NCBI GenBank assembly: GCA_964016885.1
Contig: OZ024741.1
Location: 3,224,001 to 3,288,000 of the forward strand
Origin: Eledone cirrhosa
Lineage: Eukaryota
Length of the DNA: 64,000 nt
Direction: 5' to 3'
Shown: one piece after another, positions 14,401-24,000 of the stretch
How the letters are laid out: every line of letters begins with the position of its first letter
Numbering within the stretch: position 1 is the first letter of the stretch
Made by a program: the position numbers and the translations under genes
Notes under the pieces: generated by a model
The model's input: the letters and a program-made list of their open reading frames with translations, nothing else
What the model was told of the DNA's origin: nothing
Databases searched by the model: none

Positions 14401-17400
14401 ACTTGGTCTAGACTTAGAAGGTAGATTTGGTGTAGTCTTAGTAGAAAGACTTGGTGAAGTCTTAGTAGACAGACTTGGTGTAGTCTTAGTAAGTAGACTT
14501 GGTATATTCTTAGTAGATAGAGTTAGTGTTGTCTTAAAAGACACATTGGTGTAGTCATAGTAGGTAGACTTGGTGTAGTCCTAGAAGGTAGATTGGTGTA
14601 GTCTTAGTAGGTAGACGTGTTGTAGTCTTACTAGGTAGACTTTGTGTAGTCTTAGAAGTTAGATTTGGTGTAGTCTTCGAAGGTAGAATTGGTGTATTCT
14701 TAGTAGACACTCTTGGTGTGGTGTTAGTAGGTAGACTTGGTGTAGTATAAGAAGGTAGACTTGGTGTAGTCTTAGAAGGTAGACGTGTTGTAGTCTTACT
14801 AGGTAGACTTTGTGTAGTCTTAGAAGTTAGATTTGGTGTAGTCTTCGAAGGTAGAATTGGTGTAGTCTTAGTAGACAGACTTGGTGTAGTCTTAGTATAT
14901 AGACTTGGTGTAGTCTTAGTAGGTAGTCTTGGTGTAGACTTAGAAGGTAGACTTGGTGTAGTCTTAGTAGACAGACTTGGTGTAGTCTTAGTAGACAGAC
15001 TTGGTGTAGTCTTAGTAGGAAGACTTAGTGTAGTCTTAGAAGGTAGAATTGGTGTAGTGTTAGAAGGTAGTCTTGGTGTAGTCTTAGTAGACAGATTTGT
15101 TGTAGTCTTAGTAACTAGATTTGGTGTAGTCTTAGAATGTAGGTTTGGTGTAATCTTAGTAGACAGACTTGGTTTAGTCTTAGAAGGTAGACTTGGTATA
15201 GTCTTAGAAGGTAGACTTGATGTAGTCTTAGTAGACAGACTGTGTCCAGTCTTAGTAGGTAGACTTGGTGTAGTCTTAGTAGACAGATTGGTGTAGTCTT
15301 AGTAGGTAGACTTGATGTAGTCTTAGTAGACACACTTGGTGTAGTCTCTGTAGGTAGAATTGGTGTAGTCTTAGAAGGTAGACTTGGTGTAGTCTTAGTA
15401 GACAGAATTGGTGTAGTCATAGTAGACAGACTTGGTGTAGTCTTAGAAAGTAAACTTGGTGTAGTCTTAGAAGGTAGACGTGGTGTAGTCGTAGTATACA
15501 GACTTGGTGTAGTCTTAGTAGGTAGACTTGGTGTAGTCTTAGTAGACAGACTTGGTGTAGTCTTAGTAGGTAGACTTGGTGTAGTGTTAGTAGAGTGATT
15601 TGGTGTAGTCATAGAAGGTAGACTTGGTCTAGACTTAGAAGGTAGATTTGGTGTAGTCTTAGAAGGTAGACTTGGTTTTGTCTTAGATGACAGTTTTGGT
15701 GTAGTCTTAGAAGGTAGACTTGGTGTAGTCTTAGTAGACAGACTTGGTGTAGTCTTAGTAGACAGACTTGGTTTAGTCTTACAAGGTAGACTTGGTGTAG
15801 TCTTAGTAGGTAGACTTGGTGGAGTCTTAGTAGACAGACTTGGTGTACTCTTAGTAGGTAGACTTGTTGTAGTCTTACTAGATAGAATTGGTGTAGTCTT
15901 AGTAGGTAGACTTGATGTAGTCTTAGTAGCTAGACTTGGTGTAGTCTTAGTAGGCAGACTTGGTGTAGTCTTAGTAGGTAGACTTGGGGTAGTCTTAGTA
16001 GACAGACTTGGTGTAGTCTTAGTAGACAGCTTTGGTGTAGTCTTAGTAGGTAGACTGGGTGTAGTCTTAGAAGGTAGACTTCATGTAGTTTTAGAAGGTA
16101 GACTTGGTGTAGTCTTAGTAGACAGACTTGGTGTAGTTATAGTAGACAGACTTGGTGTAGTCTTAGAAAGTAAACTTGGTGTAGTCTTAGAAGGTAGACG
16201 TGATGTAGTCTTAGTAGACACACTTGGTGTATTGTTAGTAGACAGACTTGGTGTAGTCTTAGTAGACAGACATGGTGTAGTCTTAGTAGGTAGACTTGGT
16301 GTAGTGTTAGTAGAGAGACTTGGTGTAGTCTTAGTAGATAGACTTGGTGTAGTCTTAGAAGGTAGACTTGGTCTAGACTTAGAAGTTAGATTTGGTGTAG
16401 TCTTAGTAGGTAGACTTGGTGTAGTCTTAGTAGACAGATTTGGTGTAGTTTTAGTAGGTAGACTTGGTGTAGTCTTAGTAGACAGAGTTGGTGTAGTCTT
16501 AGTAGGTAGACTTGGTGTAGTCTTACAAGATAGATTTGGTGTAGTCTTAGTAGATAGACTTGATGTAGTCTTAGTAGGTAGACTTGGTGTAGTCTTAGTA
16601 GAGAGACTTGGTGTAGTCTTAGTAGGTAGACTTGGGGTAGTCTTAGTAGACAGACTTGGTGTAGTCTTAGTAGACAGACTTGGTGTAGTCTTAGTAAGCA
16701 GACTTGGTGTAGTCTAAGAAGGTAGACTTGGTGAAGTCTTAGAAGGTAGATTTGGTGTAGTCTTAGTAGAAAGACTTGGTGAAGTCTTAGTAGACAGACT
16801 TGGTGTAGTCTTACTAGGTAGACTTGGTATAATCTTAGTAGATAGACTTAGTGTAGTCTTAAAAGTCACATTGGTGTAGTCATAGTAGGTAGACTTGATG
16901 TAGTCTTAGTAGGTAGACTTGGTGTAGTCTTAGTAGAGAGACTTGGTGTAGTCTTAGTAGGCAGACTTGGTGTAGTCTTAGTAGGCAGACTTGGTGTAGT
17001 CTTAGTAGGTAGACTTGGGGTAGTCTTAGTAAACAGACTTGGTGTAGTCTTTGTAGACAGCTTTGGTGTAGTCTTAGTACGTAGACTGGGTGTAGTCTTA
17101 GAAGGTAGACTTCATGTAGTCTTAGAATGTAGACTTGGTGTAGTCTTAGTAGACAGACTTGGTGTAGTCATAGTAGACAGACTTGGTGTAGAATTAGAAG
17201 GTAGACTTGGTGTAGTCTTAGAAAGTAAACTTGGTGTAGTCTTAGAAGGTAGACGTCGTGTAGTCTTAGTAGACCCACTTGGTGTATTCTTAGTAGGTAG
17301 ACTTGGTGTAGTCTTAGTAGACAGACTTGGTGTAGTCTTAGTTGGTAGACTTGGTGTAGTGTTAGTAGAGAGATTGGTGTAGTCTTAGTAGATAGACTTG

Positions 17401-20400
17401 GTGTAGTCTTAGAAGGTAGACTTGGTCTAGACTTAGAAGGTAGATTTGGTGTAGTCTTAGTAGAAAGACTTGGTGAAGTCTTAGTAGACAGACTTGGTGT
17501 AGTCTTAGTAAGTAGACTTGGTATATTCTTAGTAGATAGAGTTAGTGTTGTCTTAAAAGACACATTGGTGTAGTCATAGTAGGTAGACTTGGTGTAGTCC
17601 TAGAAGGTAGATTGGTGTAGTCTTAGTAGGTAGACATGGTGTATTCTTAGTAGACACACTTGGTGTGGTCTTAGTAGGTAGACTTGGTGTAGTCTTAGAA
17701 GGTAGACTTGGTGTAGTCTTAGAAGGTAGACGTGTTGTAGTCTTACTAGGTAGACTTTGTGTAGTCTTAGAAGGTAGACTTGGTGTAGTCTTCGAAGGTA
17801 GACTTGGTGTAGTCTTAGTAGACAGACTTGGTGTAGTCTTAGTATATAGACTTGGTGTAGTCTTAGTAGGTAGTCTTGGTGTAGACTTAGAAGGTAGACT
17901 TGGTGTAGTCTTAGTAGACAGACTTGGTGTAGTCTTAGTAGGAAGACTTAGTGTAGTCTTAGAAGGTAGAATTGGTGTAGTGTTAGAAGGTAGTCTTGGT
18001 GTAGTCTTAGTAGACAGACTTGTTGTAGTCTTAGTAACTAGACTTGGTGTAGTCTTAGAATGTAGATTTGGTGTAATCTTAGTAGACAGACTTGGTGTAG
18101 TCTTAGAAGGTAGACTTGGTATAGTCTTAGAAGGTAGACATGGTGTAGTCTTAGTAGACAGACTGTGTGCAGTCTTAGTAGGTAGACTTGGTGTAGTCTT
18201 AGTAGACAGATTGGTGTAGTCTCAGTAGGTAGACTTGATGTAGTCTTAGTAGACACACTTGGTGTAGTCTCTGTAGGTAGAATTGGTGTAGTCTTAGAAG
18301 GTAGACTTGGTGTAGTCATAGTAGACAGAATTGGTGTAGTCATAGTAGACAGACTTGGTGTAGTCTTAGTAGGTAGACTTGGTGTAGTCTTAGTAGAGAG
18401 ACTTGGTGTAGTTTTAGTAGGTAGACTTGGTGTAGTCTTAGTAGACAGAGTTGGTGCAGTCTTAGGAGGTAGACTTGGTGAAGTCTTACAAGATAGACTT
18501 GGTGTAGTCTTAGTAGGTAGATTTGGTGTAGTCTTAGTAGGTAGACTTGGTGTAGTCTTAGTAGGTAGACTTGGGGTAGTCTTAGTAGACAGACTTGTTG
18601 TAGTCTTAGTAGACAACTTTGGTGCAGTCTTAGTAGGTAGACTGGGTGTAGTCTTAGAAGATAGACTTCATGTAGTCTTAGAAGGTAGACTCGGTGTAGT
18701 CTTAGTAGACAGACTTGGTGTAGTCTTAGTAGACAGACTTGGTGTAGTCTTAGTATATAGACTTGGTGTAGTCTTATTAGGTAGTCTTGGTGTAGACTTA
18801 GAAGGTAGACTTGGTGTAGTCTTAGTAGACAGACTTGGTGCAGTCTTAGAAGGTAGACTTCATGTGGTCTTAGAAGGTAGAATTGGTGTAGTCTTAGTAG
18901 ACAGACTTGGTGTAGTCTTAGTAGACAGAATTGGTGTAGTCTTAGTAGACAGACTTGGTGCAGTCTTAGTAAGTAGACTTGGTGTAGTCTTAGAAGGTAG
19001 ACTTGGTGAAGTCTTAGAAGGTAGATTTGGTGTAGTCTTAGTAGACAGACTTGGTGAAGTCTTAGTAGACAGATTTGGTGTAGTCTTACTAGGTAGACTT
19101 GGTATAGTCTTAGTAGATAGACTCAGTGTAGTCTTAAAAGACAGACTTGGTGTAGTCTTAGTAGGTAGACTTGGTGTAGTCTTAGAAGATAGACGTGGTG
19201 TAGTCTTACTAGGTAGACTTAGTGTAGTCTTAGAAGACACATTGGTGTAGTCATAGTAGTTAGACTTGGTGAAGTCCTAGAAGGTAGACTTGGTGTAGTC
19301 TTAGTAGACAGACATGGTGTAGCCATAGTAGACAGACTTGGTGTAGTCTTAGAAAGTAAACTTGGTGTAGTCTTAGAAGGTAGACGTGGTGTAGTCTTAG
19401 TAGACAGACTTGGTGTAGTCTTAGTAGGTAGACTTGGTGTAGTCTTAGTAGACAGACTTGGTGTAGTCTTAGTAGGTAGACTTGGTGTAGTGTTAGTAGA
19501 GTGACTTGGTGTAGTCTTAGTAGATAGACTTGGTGTAGTCATAGAAGGTAGACTTGGTCTAGACTTAGAAGGTAGATTTAGTGTAGTCTTAGTAGGTAGA
19601 CTTGGTGTAGTCTTAGTAGACAGATTTGGTGTAGTTTTAGTAGGTAGACTTGGTGTAGTCTTAGTAGACAGAGTTGGTGTAGTCTTAGTAGGTAGACTTG
19701 GTGAAGTCTTACAAGATAGACTTGGTGTAGTCTTAGTAGGTAGATTTGATGTAGTCTTAGTAGGTAAACTTGGTGTAGTCTTAGTAGATAGACTTGGTGT
19801 AGTCTTAGTAGGTAGACTTGGGGTAGTCTTAGTAGACAGACTTGTTGTAGTCTTAGTAGACAACATTGGTGCAGTCTTAGTAGGTAGACTGGGTGTAGTC
19901 TTAGAAGGTAGACTTCGTGTTGTCTTAGAAGGTAGACTTCGTGTAGTCCTAGAAGGTAGACTTGGTGTAGTCTTAGTAGACAGACATGGTGTAGTCTTAG
20001 TAGGTAGACTTGGTGTAGTCTTAGTAGACAGACTTGGTGTAGTCTTAGTAGGTAGCCTTGGTGTGGTCTGAGAAGGTACACTTGGTGTAGTATTAGTAGA
20101 CAGACTGGGTGTAGTCTTAGTAGTTAGACTTGGTGTAGTCTTAGTAGACAGACTTGGTGTAGTCTTAGTAGGTATACATGGTGTATTCTTAGTAGACACA
20201 CTTGGTGTGGTCTTAGTAGGTAGACTTGGTGTAGTCTGAGAAGGTGGACTTGATGTAGTCTTAGAAGGTAGACGTGTTGTAGTCTTACTAGGTAGACTTT
20301 GTGTAGTCTTAGAAGGTAGACTTGGTGTAGTCTTCGAAGGTAGACTTGGTGTAGTCTTAGTAGACAGACTTGGTGTAGTCTTAGTATATAGACTTTGTGT

Positions 20401-21070
20401 AGTCTTAGTAGGTAGTCTTGGTGTAGACTTAGAAGGTAGACTTGGTGTTGTCTTAGTAGACAGACTTGGTGTAGTCTTAGTAGACAGACTTGGTGTAGTC
20501 TTAGTAGGGAGAATTAGTGTAGTCTTAGGAGGTAGAATTGGTGTACTGTTAGAAGTTAGTCTTGGTGTAGTCTTAGTAGACAGACTTGTTGTAGTCTTAG
20601 TAAGTAGACTTGGTGTAGTCTTAGAAGGTAGACTTGGTGTAGTCTTAGAAGGTAGATTTGGTGTAATCTTAGTAGACAGACTTGGTGTAGTCTTAGAAGG
20701 TAGACTTGGTATAGTCTTAGAAGGTAGACTTGTTGTAGTCTTAGTAGACAGACTGAGTGCAGTCTTAGTAGGTAGACTTGGTGTAGTCTTAGTAGACAGA
20801 TTGGTGTTGTCTTAGTAGGTAGACTTGGTGTAATCTTAGTAGACACACTTGGTGTAGTCTCTGTAGGTAGAATTGGTGTAGTCTTAGAATGTAGACTTGG
20901 CGTAGTCTTAGTAGACAGAATTGGTGTAGTCATAGTAGACAGACTTGGTGTAGTCTTAGTAGGTAGACTTGGTGAAGTCTTACAAGATAGACTTGGTGTA
21001 GTCTTAGTAGGTAGATTTGGTGTAGTCTTAGTAGGTAGACTTGGTGTAGTCTTAGTAGACAGACTTGGTG

Positions 21071-21090
21071 TAGTCTTAGTACAGCAATAT
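21071..21090. other. Abrupt junction between arrays A and B with shared TA (21080-21081)
   Basis: The sequence reads ...TGGTGTAGTCTTAG-TA-CAGCAATATAGAGAC.... The TA fits both the A monomer (CTTAGTA) and the B monomer (ACTACAGC). There is no intervening sequence. Confidence 0.97.
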
Positions 21091-24000
21091 AGAGACATAA
21101 CAACTACAGCAATATAGAGACATAACAACTACAGCAATATAGAGACATAACAACTACAGAAATATAGAGACATAACAACTATAGCAATATAGAGACATAA
21201 CAACTTCAGCAATATAGAGACATAACAACTACAGCAATATAGAGACATAACAACTACAGAAATATAGAGACATAACAACTACAACAATGTAGAGAGACAT
21301 AACAACTACAGCCATATAGAGAGACATAACAACTACAGCAATATAGAGAGATAACAACTACAGCAATATAGAGATACATAACCACTACAGCAATATAGAG
21401 ACATAACAACTACAGCAATATAGAGAGATAACAACTACAGCAATATAGAGAGACAACATAACAACTGCAGCAATATAGAGAGACAACATAATAACTACAG
21501 CAATATAGAGAGATAACAACTACAGCGACATAGAGAGACATAACAACTACAGCAATATAGAGAGACAACATAACAACTACAGCAATATAGAGACATAACA
21601 ACTACAGCAATATAGAGAGACATAACAACTACAGCAATATAGAGAGATAACTACTACAGCAATATAGAGAAACAACATAACAACTACAGCAATATAGAAA
21701 GACATAACAACTACAGCAATATAGAGACATAACAACTACAGCAATATAGAGAGACATAACAACTACAGCAATATAAAGAGATAACTACTACAGCAATATA
21801 GAGAAACAACATAACAACTACAGCAATATAGAGAGACATAAAAACTACACCAATATAGAGAGACGACATAACATCTACAGCAATATAATGACCCATAACA
21901 ACTACAGCAATATAGAGACAAATCAATTACAGCAATATAGAGAGACAACGTAACAACTACAGAAATATAGAGACATAACAACTACAGCAATATAGAGACA
22001 TGACAACTACAGCAATGTAGAGAGACATAACAACTACAGCAATATAGAGAGACATAACAACTACAGCAATATAGAGAGATAACAACTACAGCAATATAGA
22101 GAGACATAACAACTACAGCAATATAGAGAGATAACAATTAGAGCACTATAGAGAGACATAACAACTACAGCAATATAGAGACATAACAACTACAGAAATG
22201 TAAAGGGACAACATAACAACTACAGCAATATAGAGAGAAATAACAACTACAGCAATATAGAGAGACAACAACTACAGCAATATAGATAGACATAACAACT
22301 ACACCAATATAGAGAGACAACATAACAACTACGGCAATATAGAGAGACATAACAACTACAGCAATATAGAGAGACAATATAACAACTACAGCAATATAGA
22401 GACATAACAACTACAGCAATATAAAGGGACAACATAACAACTACAGCAATATAGAGAGAAATAACAACTACACCAATATAGAGAGACATAAGAACTTCAG
22501 CAATATAGAAAGACAAAACAACTACATCAATATAGAGGGACATATCAACTACAGCAATATAGAGAGATAACAACTACAGCAATATAGAGAGACAACATGA
22601 AATCTACAGCAATATAGAGAGACATAACAACTGCAGCAATATAGAGTGACAACATAACAACGACAGCAATATAGGGAGACATAACGAATACAGCAATATA
22701 GAAAGACATAACAACTACAGCAATATAGAGAGACATAACAACTACAGCAATATAGAAAGACATAACAACTACAGCAATATAGAGACATAACAACTACAGC
22801 AATATAGAGAGACATAACAACTACAGCAATATAGAGAGATAACAACTACAGCAATATAAAGGGACAACATAACAACTACATCAATATAGAGAGACATAAC
22901 AACTACAGCAATATAGAGAGACAACAACTACAGCAATATAGATAGACATAACAACTACACCAATATAGAGAGACAACATAACAACTACGGCAATATAGAG
23001 AGACATAACAACTACAGCAATATAGAGAGACAATATAACAACTACAGCAATATAGAGACATAACAACTACAGCAATATAAAGGGACAACATAACAACTAC
23101 AGCAATATAGAGAGAAATAACAACTACAGCAATATTGAGATAACAACTACAGCAATATAGAGAGACATAACAACTACAGAAATATAGAGAGACAACATAA
23201 CAACTACAGCAATATAGAGAGACATAACAACTACAGCAATATAGAAAGACATAACGACTACAGCAATATAGAGAGACATAACAACTACAGCAATATAGAG
23301 AGACATAAAAACTACACCAATATAGAGAGACGACATAACATCTACAGCAATATAATGACCCATAACAACTACAGCAATATAGAGACAAATCAACTACAGA
23401 AATATAGAGTGACATAACAACTACAGCAATATAGAGATATAACAACTACAGCAATATAGCGATATAACAACTACAGCAATATAGAGAGACTACATAACAA
23501 CTACAACAACATAGAGAGACAACAACTACAGCAACATAGAGACATAACAACTACACCAATATAGAGAGACAACATAACAACTACAGCAATATAGAGAGAC
23601 ATAACAATTACAGCAATATAGAGACATAACAACTACAGCAATATAGAGAGACAATATAACAACTACAGCAATATTGAGAGACATAACAACTATAGCAATA
23701 TAGAGACATAACAATTTCAGCAATATAGAGACATAACAACTACAGAAATATAGAGACATAACAACTACAGCAATATAGTGAGACAAATCAACTACAGCAA
23801 TATAGAAAGACTTAACAACTGCAGCAATATAGAGAAACATAACAACTACAGCAATATAGAGAGATAATATAACAACTACAGCAATATTGAGAGACATAAC
23901 AACTACAGCAATATAGAGACATAACAACTACAGCAATATAGTGAGACAACATAACAACGACAGCAATATAGGGAGACATAACAAATACAGCAATATAGAA

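Larger units (their letters stand above)
452..15430. repeat. Higher-order tandem duplication in array A: copy 1 ~452-7760 (7309 bp), copy 2 ~7761-15430 (~7669 bp)
   Basis: Near-identical variant strings and ORFs recur at offset 7309 (865/8174, 1646/8955, 2917/10226, 3458/10767, 4291/11600). The offset grows to 7381, 7597 and 7669 after three whole-monomer indels. 7309 = 305x24 - 11, matching 11 deleted bases counted in copy 1. Confidence 0.93.
1..21080. repeat. Satellite array A: 24-bp monomer, consensus GTAGACTTGGTGTAGTCTTAGTAG; main variants ...TAGTAGGTAGAC, ...TAGTAGACAGAC and ...TAGAAGGTAGAC; continues beyond the left edge
   Basis: Uninterrupted 24-bp periodicity from base 1 to 21080. 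The + strand consensus is 71% G+T. Length variants are rare 1-2 bp deletions (e.g. GACAGATTGG near 1960, GTAGAGACTTGG near 5795). The 8-residue periodic ORFs reflect the 24-bp unit. Confidence 0.99.

Noticed and set aside
1-21080. CRISPR-like appearance (partly palindromic repeat with a variable interval)
   Set aside because: The variable part is only 6-8 nt, drawn from a few recurring types rather than unique 25-45-nt spacers. No cas genes or leader are present.
1-21080. Resemblance to long budding-yeast telomerase repeats (CTTGGTGTA also occurs across the Candida albicans 23-bp repeat)
   Set aside because: Only a 9-nt match. A >21-kb array with kilobase higher-order duplications and inherited variants points to recombinational amplification rather than telomerase synthesis. 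No canonical TTAGGG or TTAGG tracts are present.
1-21080. G-quadruplex potential on the G-rich strand
   Set aside because: The consensus has only GG dinucleotides 11-13 nt apart. GGG/GGGG variants are isolated, so no canonical four-tract motif exists.
40-21128. Long ORFs in array A (VVLVGRLG, TTPSLPSK and LLRLHQVY repeats, up to 545 aa)
   Set aside because: A 24-bp monomer is eight codons, so any stop-free frame stays open. The ORFs overlap on both strands, switch motif at 1-bp deletions and have no unique domains.
20556-21128. ORF spanning the junction, read as a possible fusion gene
   Set aside because: Chance continuity of two stop-poor repeat frames, starting from a TTG inside a B monomer.
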